Positions 28,413-37,800 of a stretch of DNA of 64,000 bases are shown piece by piece. The translations under genes were made by a program, and so were the position numbers. The stretch comes from a virus. The DNA is taken from the UHGV virus genome UHGV-0385297. One strand, given 5' to 3'. Position 1 is the stretch's first letter; each line of letters opens with the position of its first letter. Under the pieces are notes generated by a model. That model was not told the DNA's origin. It ran no database searches and saw nothing but the letters and a program-made list of their open reading frames with translations.

Positions 28413-30671
28413 ATGGGGAAAGTAGAAAAAATAAATCTGAATGAAAAACAGATGGAATTAGTTACATATTATTCTGAAAATGATATGGCGAGATTAAAAC
28501 GGATTTGTAATCCAATCATTAATATGAAGAACGTAGATCAGAAGGATTATGATGACTTGTACAGTGATGCACTGAAAGTTCTTCTGGAAAGTGTTCAGAC
28601 ATTTGATGAAACAGCAGATTGTTCCTTTAATACATTTCTTACAGGAAATATTAAACGGTCATTCTATGATTGGAGCCGTGATCAGCTGACTTGGAAGCGG
28701 TGCAACCTGGAATATGAAACAGATGAAAATGGAGAGATTAAAAAAGATAAGAATGGAAAACCAATAAAAAAGAAAGTCTATGATGTTTCTATGGATGTTC
28801 CATTGGAAGATGGATCTGATTTAAGAGAAAAAATCCCGTCCAATTTCAGTGTAGAGACAGAACTTGGATTAAATGGAGATGATACTGTAGAAAAGGTAAA
28901 TATACTTCTTGATAGTATGCCACGGTTACAGAAGCAAATTACTATTTTGAAAATGAGGAAAGTTCCTGTAGAAAAAATTAAGAAGATCTTAAATATATCG
29001 CAAAGCGATTATGAAAACGCAGTAGAGCGGATTAAGAGAAATGAAAATATGGAAATGTTTTTAAAAGACACGAAATATAATATGGAGGAATATAATATGA
29101 AAGACAGAGTAATTGCTATTAGCGAATCCGAAGATTACAGAATGGACAAATTACCAATGTTCACATTATTGCAGCAGAAAAAAGATGGTGACATTAACTG
29201 TAAATACATTTTACAGAGAAAACCATTTCAGTGGTCAGAAGAAGAAGCGAATCGTTATTTCTGTAGAATATTAAGTTCTCTTCCTGTTCCTGAAATCGTT
29301 TTATGTGAGCAAAAAGTAAAGGAATTGATTATTGCATATTTAATTGATGGTTTACAGCGTTTATCTTATGCGGAGGCATTTAGAAATAATCGTATTAAAA
29401 TTGGAAGTGTAGGTGCAGAAAGACACTTAATTGAATATAGAGAATATTCTTTAGACGAAAACGGAAATCGAATTTTAGATGACAACGGATTTCCAACCTA
29501 CGAATTAAAAATATGTGATGTTATTGGAAAATACTACAAAGATCTTCCTGATGAATTAAAAAAGAGATTTGATGTATTTAATTTCAATGTGACTAAGTTT
29601 TTTAACTGCACGGATCAGCAAATTGCGGATCACCTTCGCGACTACAACAACCACTCATCTATGAACAAGGAGCAGTTGGGACTGACCAAGATTACTACCG
29701 TAACAGCTGGGAAAATTAAGAAAATCTCTGAGAAGAATATGTTTTTCAAAAATTGCTGTAAAATCACTACAACTAATGAGACTAAAGGTAAACTGGAACG
29801 TGTAGTTGCCGAAGCAATTATGCTTTTGTTCCATAAGGACGATTGGAAAGCTAAATTGGAAAATGCCTATAAGTATGTAGATGAAAATGCAACAGACGAA
29901 GAGTTTGAACAGCTTAATTCTGATTTAAACCGTTTGGAATTAGCAATTGGAGAAAATAATAAGGAAGTTACCAAGTTATTTACTCCAGCTGCTATTCCTA
30001 TGTGGGTGGCGGTATTCAATGAGTTTACAAAGTATAACATTGAAGATAGCAGATTTGTAGACTTCCTTAATGCATATGTAACCGATTTAAAGGATCGTAC
30101 AGTAGATGGTGTAAGCATGAAAACTTTTAAATCAGAACAGAGTAAAAAGAGAACTACCATCATGGGAAAGATCAATCTGTTGGTTACTCTTATGAAAGAT
30201 TATTTACATATTGAAGATACAGAAGAAACAGAAAATACATATGAAGAAACAACTGATGAAAAAGTAACTGAAAACGAGAATAATACAGTAGAAGAGACAA
30301 CAGAAGATAATGTTACTACAGAAGAAATGGAATCAGTAGTAACTGAATCACAGTCAGAAGAAGATCATGAGTTACAGTTCGTAAAAGAGGTAGCTGATCC
30401 AAATGTAGAACAGGAAGATATTGAACTGTATAAGGATTTTATTGATGACTATCTTAAGTTAGACTCCTGTGTATACAAAGTTGGTATGCCGGTATTGTTA
30501 GCACTTATGGCATATGCTTGTAATGCAGAGAAAGACGAAGAGTTTAGTGAATGGCTCAATGAAATGGAAAAACAGCATAGAATTTTCACAGGTTCAGAGA
30601 AAGATAATTATGAGAAGTTGAAAGCAGAATTTCTTCAGTTTTTAGATTCTCATAACAATAAAGCAGCATAA
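28413..30671 (+). CDS. fusion protein: N-terminal ECF-like sigma-70 domain (regions 2 and 4) + DUF262/ParB-like domain + acidic C-terminal tail
   Basis: region-2-like DLYSDALKVLLESVQTFDETADCSFNTFLTGNIKRSFYDWSRDQ; region-4-like LQKQITILKMRKVPVEKIKKILNISQSDYENAVERIKRN; then YILQRKPFQWSEEEANRYFCRILSSLPVPEIVL...AYLIDGLQRLSYAEAF (DUF262 QR..W / DGQQR signature); T/E-rich tail; one uninterrupted 752-aa ORF. Confidence 0.65.
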   Translation: MGKVEKINLNEKQMELVTYYSENDMARLKRICNPIINMKNVDQKDYDDLYSDALKVLLESVQTFDETADCSFNTFLTGNIKRSFYDWSRDQLTWKRCNLEYETDENGEIKKDKNGKPIKKKVYDVSMDVPLEDGSDLREKIPSNFSVETELGLNGDDTVEKVNILLDSMPRLQKQITILKMRKVPVEKIKKILNISQSDYENAVERIKRNENMEMFLKDTKYNMEEYNMKDRVIAISESEDYRMDKLPMFTLLQQKKDGDINCKYILQRKPFQWSEEEANRYFCRILSSLPVPEIVLCEQKVKELIIAYLIDGLQRLSYAEAFRNNRIKIGSVGAERHLIEYREYSLDENGNRILDDNGFPTYELKICDVIGKYYKDLPDELKKRFDVFNFNVTKFFNCTDQQIADHLRDYNNHSSMNKEQLGLTKITTVTAGKIKKISEKNMFFKNCCKITTTNETKGKLERVVAEAIMLLFHKDDWKAKLENAYKYVDENATDEEFEQLNSDLNRLELAIGENNKEVTKLFTPAAIPMWVAVFNEFTKYNIEDSRFVDFLNAYVTDLKDRTVDGVSMKTFKSEQSKKRTTIMGKINLLVTLMKDYLHIEDTEETENTYEETTDEKVTENENNTVEETTEDNVTTEEMESVVTESQSEEDHELQFVKEVADPNVEQEDIELYKDFIDDYLKLDSCVYKVGMPVLLALMAYACNAEKDEEFSEWLNEMEKQHRIFTGSEKDNYEKLKAEFLQFLDSHNNKAA

Positions 30672-30697
30672 AAAATACATAGAAAGAGGTAAAAGAT

Positions 30698-31087
30698 ATG
30701 GCAAAATTGACGGGTTATTATGAAGTGGCAGAAACGATTCAGAGTGGTGGTAGATATTATTACGCAATCTACGAGGATTATGTTTGTTATCAGGTAGGAG
30801 ATAAGATTTTAGTTTCAGGAGCATGTCACAATATCTTGGAAATTACTTCTATTCTTACACCAGAAGAAGTAAAAGGCAAGGTAAATATCACAGCAGAAGT
30901 TATTTGTAAAGTTGATACAGAAGCATATGAAAAACGTGTTGAAGAACGTAGAAGAAAGATGAAACTTAAGAAAGAATTGGATAAAAGATTAAAAGAAATC
31001 GTTAACGAAGGGAAATATGAATGGGCAGCAGAGAAGAATTCTGAGTTTGCTAAGATGCTGGAAGAATATAAGAAGATGGGAGAATAA
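30698..31087 (+). CDS. hypothetical protein
   Basis: 129-aa ORF after AGAGGTAAAAG RBS; ends ...KKMGE via the GGAGAATAA junction. Confidence 0.5.
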   Translation: MAKLTGYYEVAETIQSGGRYYYAIYEDYVCYQVGDKILVSGACHNILEITSILTPEEVKGKVNITAEVICKVDTEAYEKRVEERRRKMKLKKELDKRLKEIVNEGKYEWAAEKNSEFAKMLEEYKKMGE

Positions 31088-31092
31088 TACAT

Positions 31093-31683
31093 ATGGAACA
31101 CGTAAATAACATTATGAGTAAAGCAGATGTGGAAAGATTAAAATCAGATAATTATCAGCCTATTACAGTTACTGCAGGTTATCCAATTACAAGTCATGCA
31201 GTCGGTGGTGGAATTTCTGTTGAAAAGTTTGCGGAAAATATAAAGGGTTCTCTTTCTTTATCTATTAAAAAAGAATCTAATGTAAAAATAAAAATCAAAG
31301 ATGTAAATATCATTGTAGAGAATAAAGTCGTAGAAGTAACTTTTACAGATGGAGATAAACAGAAATCAGTTTGCCGAGAGCCAGATGTGTTCAGTTTAGA
31401 GATGGCAATTTCTATTTGTATCACAAAACATGTACTTGGTGGAAGCAGTTTATATAATAAGGCAGTTCGCAATGGTCTTAAGTGTTATGAAAATAAGTTA
31501 AAGAAAGCAGAAACCGAAGAAAAAGAGAAAGAAAGAATTGAAAAACGCAAGGCGAAGTTAGCTGCTTATAAGAAGCGTAGAGCTGAGAAACGAAAAGAAG
31601 AACAGATCGAAACTCAGAAAGAAGCATATCTGAGAGCGATGAGAGATTTTAATAAGGAACTTTCTGAAGCTAGTTGCGAATAA
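31093..31683 (+). CDS. hypothetical protein with K/E-rich C-terminal helix
   Basis: 196-aa ORF. Confidence 0.5.
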   Translation: MEHVNNIMSKADVERLKSDNYQPITVTAGYPITSHAVGGGISVEKFAENIKGSLSLSIKKESNVKIKIKDVNIIVENKVVEVTFTDGDKQKSVCREPDVFSLEMAISICITKHVLGGSSLYNKAVRNGLKCYENKLKKAETEEKEKERIEKRKAKLAAYKKRRAEKRKEEQIETQKEAYLRAMRDFNKELSEASCE

Positions 31684-31690
31684 TACAATG

Positions 31691-31713
31691 GGCGGTAGAA
31701 ATGCCGCCTTATT
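31691..31713 (+). terminator. putative terminator hairpin
   Basis: GGCGG-loop-CCGCC followed by TTATT. Confidence 0.4.
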
Positions 31714-31745
31714 AGAAAAAATGCATAAGATAGGAGAAAAATAAA

Positions 31746-32084
31746 ATGGTAACAGATGTGACTTATGAGCTGATGAAAATTGGAAACAATCTGACGGATG
31801 ACACAAAGGCAAATGTAAATACTGCCGTGGATGACATTAATAACATCGTCAGAGAGATGATTGAGTCAGACAGTCAATTTCAGTTCAAAAAAGGAATTTT
31901 CCGTAGGCAGTACAATGCCGATGTGGAGTATTCTTCTTTCAATACTATTAGGATTCATGTGAAAGATGATAACAGAATCTACTATATTTCAGTAGAGAAT
32001 TTCCTTAAAGTGCTCTCTTTTAGGATTTGGAATGAGATCGAAAGATGCGGCAATGGGTTCTATTTGTGGTTCGATAAACAATAA
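31746..32084 (+). CDS. hypothetical protein
   Basis: 112-aa ORF after GGAGAAAAATAAA RBS. Confidence 0.5.
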   Translation: MVTDVTYELMKIGNNLTDDTKANVNTAVDDINNIVREMIESDSQFQFKKGIFRRQYNADVEYSSFNTIRIHVKDDNRIYYISVENFLKVLSFRIWNEIERCGNGFYLWFDKQ

Positions 32085-32160
32085 TTTTTAAAAATAAATA
32101 TAAATATATGGAGGTAATAACATGACACATGAAAAGATAAATATTTAAAAGGAGCGAAAA

Positions 32161-32514
32161 ATGGGTGAATTGAATTTAATTCAGATTGCAAGAGAACTTT
32201 TAGCAATCCATGAAGAGTTTCCTTATCATTTAAAAAATTATGATGATAGCAGTATTCGTGATTTTGTTATGGAAACCTTCACACAGCTATGGGGTAATAC
32301 AAGCGGAGGTTTTGAAAGCATGGGTGGTGCGGCAATGACTATTCAGAGAACTTATGTATTTATACCTACAGTTAATGATGAAGATTGCCAGGTATATTTT
32401 GGCGGAGCTTATGCATATTCAGTTCCATATTCGAAAGAATTTGAGGATGATGTTAAAGCGCATAACGTAGCTGGAAAATATCATAAAGGAAAATATTTAA
32501 AAGGAGATAAATAA
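32161..32514 (+). CDS. hypothetical protein
   Basis: 117-aa ORF after AAGGAGCG RBS; overlapping ATG with next gene. Confidence 0.5.
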   Translation: MGELNLIQIARELLAIHEEFPYHLKNYDDSSIRDFVMETFTQLWGNTSGGFESMGGAAMTIQRTYVFIPTVNDEDCQVYFGGAYAYSVPYSKEFEDDVKAHNVAGKYHKGKYLKGDK

Positions 32515-32515
32515 T

Positions 32516-34579
32516 ATGGATGGATTTATGGAGTTTAAGGAAGCTTTACAGGAACATTTCAATGAAATGCAGAAGGATGCAGACAAATTATTCGAGGTGT
32601 TAGTAGATAAGGATGAGCTGTGGAATACTTATTTAAACAGTTTTCCAGCGGGTACTAACCCTATCTACCGTGAGAGAACTGAACATGATTGTAGCTGCTG
32701 TAGACATTTTATTAAGAATATTGGCGTGGCAGTAGTTATTAAGGATAACCAGATGCATACAATTTGGGAACTTAAATTAAATGACCCTACATATCAGACA
32801 GTTGCTAATGCGCTGGATAAATTCGTAAAAGCTCATGCAGTTTCCGATATTTATTTGAGTAAGTTCAAAAAGATTGGAACAGATTATAATTTTGAAGAAA
32901 TCAATGGTAAAGCTCATAGATGGGATCATTTCTTCTTAGAGCTTCCAGATAAGTTTGTAAATCGTACCAGTTCTTCTAACGAAGAAATCAAAGGTCAGTT
33001 CCGTGATACCAGAAATGTGTTTAAGCGTTCTTTAGACGAAATTACTATGGATGCAGTTGATACGGTATTAGAGTTGATCAATTCTAATACTTTATATAAA
33101 GGTGAGGAATGGAAAACTGCTCTGACTGAGTTCAAGAAATACAAAAAGGAATATGACAAGTTAACAACAGCAACAGATAAGGCTCTGTACACTTGGGAAA
33201 AATCCATTAAAGCAGGCATGGCGATTGGTCGTATTAGAAACCATTCTATTGGCACTCTGCTTGTAAATATCAGTGAAGATATGGATCTCGATTTAGCAGT
33301 TAAAAAATATGAGCAGATTGTAGCCCCCGCCAGCTATAAGCGCCCAAAGGCAATTTTCACTAAAAAGATGTTAGAGGACGCAAAGAAGACCATTACTGAG
33401 CTTGGATATATGGATTCATTACAGAGAAGATTTGCAACTTTGAATGATATTTCAGTAAATAATGTTCTGTTCTCAAATAAGAGTGCTGCAAGAAGAATGG
33501 TTGGTGCAGATGATATTTTTGGCCAGATGGAAAAGGATGTTACTGTAAATCCTAAGAAGTTCTCTAAAGTAGAAGAGATTTCTGCACAGGATTTTATTGA
33601 CAAGGTGCTTCCAACTGCAAAAGAAATCGAGGCATTTGTAGAGAATAAACATGAGAAGAACTTTGTATCGTTGATCGCACCAGTAAATCCAGATGCCAAA
33701 ACTATGTTTAAATGGAACAACGGTTTATCCTGGGCGTATAGTGGCAATATTACCGATTCAGACATGAAACAGAATGTTAAAGCTGCAGGAGGTAATGTTA
33801 ACGGTGTGCTTAGATTTTCCATCATGTGGAATGAGGCGCAAAATGATAATAGCGATCTTGATGCTCATTGTATTGAACCAGATGGTAATGAAATCTATTT
33901 TAGCAATTGCAGGAAACCACAGATGTCTAGGATGGGTGGGCAGCTTGATATTGACATTACTAGACCAATGGAACAGATGAAAGGTAAACCTTCAGTAGAG
34001 AATATTACATGGGCAGATATGTCACGTATGAAACCAGGCGTTTATAAGTTTTTTGTTAATCAGTATGCAGCGAGAGGAAGTAAGGGATTCAAGGCAGAAG
34101 TTGAGTTTAATGGTGAGATTTATGCATTTGAATACAATCAGCCTGTGCATGGTGATGTTCAGGTTGCAGAAGTAACACTTGATGCCAATGGTAACTTCTC
34201 AATTAAAGAGAAATTAGCAGGCAATTCATCTATTTCGAGTCGTGAGATTTGGGGTGTAAATACAAATCAGTTTGTCCCTGTATCAGTAATTAGTTACAGT
34301 CCAAATTACTTTGATGAGCAGGACGGAATTGGTCATAGACATTTATTTTTCTTCTTGAAAGATTGTGTAAATACTGAAGAACCAAATGGATTTTATCTTG
34401 AATTTTTAGACAATGATTTAATGAAACATAAGAGAGTATTTGAAGCATTAGGTGCTAAGTGTCATGTAGAAGATACAGACGATCAGTTATCAGGCATTGG
34501 TTTTTCTATGACTAAGAGAGCGGAACTTGTAATCAAAGTAAAAGGTGCAACTGAGCGTATTATGAAGATTAAATTTTAA
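32516..34579 (+). CDS. large hypothetical protein (687 aa) with HDCSCCRH cluster
   Basis: long uninterrupted ORF, coupled start; no family recognised by eye. Confidence 0.6.
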   Translation: MDGFMEFKEALQEHFNEMQKDADKLFEVLVDKDELWNTYLNSFPAGTNPIYRERTEHDCSCCRHFIKNIGVAVVIKDNQMHTIWELKLNDPTYQTVANALDKFVKAHAVSDIYLSKFKKIGTDYNFEEINGKAHRWDHFFLELPDKFVNRTSSSNEEIKGQFRDTRNVFKRSLDEITMDAVDTVLELINSNTLYKGEEWKTALTEFKKYKKEYDKLTTATDKALYTWEKSIKAGMAIGRIRNHSIGTLLVNISEDMDLDLAVKKYEQIVAPASYKRPKAIFTKKMLEDAKKTITELGYMDSLQRRFATLNDISVNNVLFSNKSAARRMVGADDIFGQMEKDVTVNPKKFSKVEEISAQDFIDKVLPTAKEIEAFVENKHEKNFVSLIAPVNPDAKTMFKWNNGLSWAYSGNITDSDMKQNVKAAGGNVNGVLRFSIMWNEAQNDNSDLDAHCIEPDGNEIYFSNCRKPQMSRMGGQLDIDITRPMEQMKGKPSVENITWADMSRMKPGVYKFFVNQYAARGSKGFKAEVEFNGEIYAFEYNQPVHGDVQVAEVTLDANGNFSIKEKLAGNSSISSREIWGVNTNQFVPVSVISYSPNYFDEQDGIGHRHLFFFLKDCVNTEEPNGFYLEFLDNDLMKHKRVFEALGAKCHVEDTDDQLSGIGFSMTKRAELVIKVKGATERIMKIKF

Positions 34580-34599
34580 AAATAAAGGAGAATATTATT

Positions 34600-34986
34600 A
34601 TGACAACCAATGAATTATTTGTAAAAGCAACCCGTGAGAATTTTCAGTTCCCATTTAGAGGGATGGTAAATGTTATTGATCTTTGGAGCTTATCATTAAC
34701 CAATCTGGATTCTGTGTTTAAGGCGCTTAACGCAGAAGTAAAGAAAACCGAAGAAGAAAGTCTTCTGCATACTAAGTCAAAGGAAGATGAAGAACTTTCC
34801 GAAAAGATTGAGATTGTAAAATATATTGTCGGTGTCAAGCTGGAAGAAATTAAGGCAAGAGAAGATGCCAAGAAAAATAGGGAAATGAAACAAAGACTTC
34901 TGGAAATCAAAGCAAAGAGACAGGATGCAGCGTTAGAGAATATGTCTGATGAAGAGTTGGATAAAGCTCTTGCTGAATTAGATTAA
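34600..34986 (+). CDS. hypothetical coiled-coil protein
   Basis: 128-aa ORF after AAGGAG RBS. Confidence 0.5.
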   Translation: MTTNELFVKATRENFQFPFRGMVNVIDLWSLSLTNLDSVFKALNAEVKKTEEESLLHTKSKEDEELSEKIEIVKYIVGVKLEEIKAREDAKKNREMKQRLLEIKAKRQDAALENMSDEELDKALAELD

Positions 34987-35079
34987 TAGATTTTATCGAG
35001 TTAGATTAACAATACACTAGGGTTGGTTGGTGTCATAACTAATCAACCTATTTCTAAAAATATAGCAAAGGAAAACATG

Positions 35080-35706
35080 ATTATGACAAATTATGAGAAG
35101 TATAAAGATGAGATCGATAAAATCTGGAATGATGGAAAGGTTATTGGTGTCACCGAAGATTGTAAGGTAACAAGCTGTGATGAAATTTTGTCTTGCAATG
35201 AATGTATTTTTAATGAAGAGTGTGATTTAAAATCACAGAAATGGCTCGTATCTGAATACAAAGATCTAGCAGAAGATGTAGATTGGAGCAAAGTAATAGT
35301 AGATACACCCGTATTAGTAAGGGATTATGAGACTGATAAATGGAATCCAAGATATTTTGCTGGGATTAATGAGGATGGAAATGTTATTGCATTTGACAGC
35401 GGCGCCACATCTTGGTCAGATGACGGAGAAAACCTTACTGTAAATTGGAAACAAGCCAAACTTGCTAATCCAGACGATTTGAAGAAATCTGACTTTCATC
35501 AGGAGAAGAAAGACTATACTGACAATGAATTAATCGATATGCTGGTAGCAAATTATGTTGAAAAAGCAGAAGATGATACATATTTCAGTCGGGAAAATTA
35601 TAAAGAGTTTCTTGTATCAGTATATTGGTTCTGGAAAGCTAATATGAACAATTTCAATAAAGAGAAAATTGTCAAAGCAGTTAAATTAATGTTAGAAGTA
35701 GAATAG
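35080..35706 (+). CDS. hypothetical protein
   Basis: MIMTNYEKY... after AAGGAAAAC; about 208 aa. Confidence 0.5.
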   Translation: MMTNYEKYKDEIDKIWNDGKVIGVTEDCKVTSCDEILSCNECIFNEECDLKSQKWLVSEYKDLAEDVDWSKVIVDTPVLVRDYETDKWNPRYFAGINEDGNVIAFDSGATSWSDDGENLTVNWKQAKLANPDDLKKSDFHQEKKDYTDNELIDMLVANYVEKAEDDTYFSRENYKEFLVSVYWFWKANMNNFNKEKIVKAVKLMLEVE

Positions 35707-35715
35707 GAGACCATC

Positions 35716-35889
35716 ATGAGAAAAGATAAAAAACGATTAATTGGTTCTGGATTATATCTTTGTGGATTTGTTTCGTATGTTACTTTTATGGGATTATTGA
35801 ACAAGTGTGGAGCTAATGCTGGATTATATGGATTAGGTGCTTCCATTAGTGCAGTTGTTTTTTGCGGTGCATTGTATAGTTTACATTAG
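35716..35889 (+). CDS. small membrane protein (two predicted TM helices)
   Basis: 57 aa MRKDKKRLIGSGLYLCGFVSYVTFMGLL...GLGASISAVVFCGALYSLH; GGAGACC RBS. Confidence 0.45.
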   Translation: MRKDKKRLIGSGLYLCGFVSYVTFMGLLNKCGANAGLYGLGASISAVVFCGALYSLH

Positions 35890-35898
35890 GAGGTTTAT

Positions 35899-36246
35899 AT
35901 GGGTAAAGTCGGGAATGTAGAAGTTGAATGGAGCGGTGGATATCCATGTTTGTGCCATGGCAAATGGACATTAAAAGTAGATGGAAGAGACGTTTCAGAT
36001 AAGATTCCAGAAGATCTGAGAAAAGATGACATGAATACATATAAATCATATCGAAAATGGCATTTTAATGAAGATTATCGTGAAGAATGGGAATATTATA
36101 ATGACGGTCTGAGATGTGAAGATTGGATTAAAGTCAATGGCTATTGGCTCAATAAAATCGTTGCAGATAAAGATATTCAGAAGTGTGTATTTTATGCAAT
36201 CAATGAGGAAGATTGGAGACATAGTAGCTGTGGCGGATGTGTCTAA
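35899..36246 (+). CDS. hypothetical Cys-containing protein
   Basis: 115-aa ORF after AGGAGG RBS. Confidence 0.5.
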   Translation: MGKVGNVEVEWSGGYPCLCHGKWTLKVDGRDVSDKIPEDLRKDDMNTYKSYRKWHFNEDYREEWEYYNDGLRCEDWIKVNGYWLNKIVADKDIQKCVFYAINEEDWRHSSCGGCV

Positions 36247-36285
36247 AAAGGTAAAAAACAAATTTTAATATAATAAAAGGAGAAA

Positions 36286-36903
36286 ATGATTATGATGAAC
36301 AATTTTTTAAACGGTATGTTTGGTAAAGTAGGAAGTGGTATGTGTAGACTTTCCATGAATGGTGGCATTGCAGTTAAAACATCAAATGGATATAAAACAT
36401 ACAATGTGAAGACTGGCAAACTTACAAACTGTAGCAATTTTGTATTTGATATTGGTGAAGAGTTTTTCTTTGTTATTCCAACTAATAAAGTAGAAGCAGG
36501 AGATATTATCCTGGTTAATGGTAAGCCCAAATGTGTTATCGAAGCAGATAAAACTAAAATTACAGTTATTAATTATGAAGATTCTACTGTGGAAACTATT
36601 CTTCCAGAAAGACATGTTTTTATGGGTAATACATATTTCTATGGAAAGATTGTATCTATGTTTGGCAGTGATATTCTTAAGGGAAAGAAAGGCACAAATA
36701 ATATCTTTAAATATATGATGCTGTCTCAGATGATGAAGAGTGATGGAAATGCTTCTAGTATGATGAGTGGTAATGGTATGAGTTCTATGCTTCCACTTAT
36801 GATGATGGGTGGTAATATGGGTAATATGTTTGACGGATTATTCGATTTTGATATGGACGTTGATACAGAAAATGATGAAGATGTAGAAGAGGAGGATGCA
36901 TAA
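36286..36903 (+). CDS. hypothetical protein with Met/Gly-rich low-complexity region and acidic tail
   Basis: 205-aa ORF; ...MMSGNGMSSMLPLMMMGGNMGNMFDGLFDFDMD... Confidence 0.5.
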   Translation: MIMMNNFLNGMFGKVGSGMCRLSMNGGIAVKTSNGYKTYNVKTGKLTNCSNFVFDIGEEFFFVIPTNKVEAGDIILVNGKPKCVIEADKTKITVINYEDSTVETILPERHVFMGNTYFYGKIVSMFGSDILKGKKGTNNIFKYMMLSQMMKSDGNASSMMSGNGMSSMLPLMMMGGNMGNMFDGLFDFDMDVDTENDEDVEEEDA

Positions 36904-37783
36904 TATGGGATGTGGTTCATGGACAAGAGATAGTTATGTAGGTTATTCAACAGCAAAAGGTATGAGTGTTTCAACGGATGGTATGATTAGCGGTTCTTAT
37001 TCTAATCAGGATATGTTTAAGGCAAGGAATATTGATTCTGCACTTGATCCTAAGAATGTCATTAGAGAGTGTTGCGATACAGAGGAACATCCAAACACAA
37101 TTCCTGTTATTCTTGCACTTGATGTAACTGGTTCTATGGGACAGGCTGCTGTTGAAGTGGCAAAGAAGTTAAATGTAATTATGACTAAGTTATATGAAAA
37201 GGTTACAGATGTTGAGTTCCTTATCATGGGTATTGGTGATTTGGCTTGTGATAGCTGTCCAATTCAGGCTTCACAGTTTGAATCAGATATTCGTATTGCT
37301 GAACAGCTTGATAAGATTTATTTTGAATTTGGCGGTGGTGGAAACAGTTATGAATCCTATACAGCAGCATGGTATTTCGGTTCTCGTCACACAAAGCTTG
37401 ATTGTTTAAATCGTGGAAGAAAAGGAATTATTATTACAATGGGAGATGAGCAGTTAAATCCATATCTTCCATTTAAGGGTAGAGGTCATGGTTTATCAGA
37501 GGTAACAGGTGATAATCTTCAGTCTGATGTAGAGACTAAGGATTTATACGAAGAGGCTTCTCAAAAGTTTAACATTTATCATTTAGATGTAAATCATACT
37601 CGCAGATGGGATGAAGAAGAAATTGAGAAGTCTTACAAGAAGTATCTTGATGATACACACTTTAGAAGAGTAACTATGGATAGTATTACAAATGAGATTG
37701 TAGATATTATTGTTAGTGAAGCAGAGAATAATGTTACAGATATAGTTACTACACTTTCTAATTCAGAAGGAATTACTTGGTAG
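36896..37783 (+). CDS. von Willebrand factor A (vWA) domain protein
   Basis: MIDAS motif IPVILALDVTGSMGQ (DxTGS), further G/T/D positions typical of the vWA fold; 295 aa. Confidence 0.65.
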   Translation: MHNMGCGSWTRDSYVGYSTAKGMSVSTDGMISGSYSNQDMFKARNIDSALDPKNVIRECCDTEEHPNTIPVILALDVTGSMGQAAVEVAKKLNVIMTKLYEKVTDVEFLIMGIGDLACDSCPIQASQFESDIRIAEQLDKIYFEFGGGGNSYESYTAAWYFGSRHTKLDCLNRGRKGIIITMGDEQLNPYLPFKGRGHGLSEVTGDNLQSDVETKDLYEEASQKFNIYHLDVNHTRRWDEEEIEKSYKKYLDDTHFRRVTMDSITNEIVDIIVSEAENNVTDIVTTLSNSEGITW

Positions 37784-37800
37784 GATAGGAGATTTAAGAG

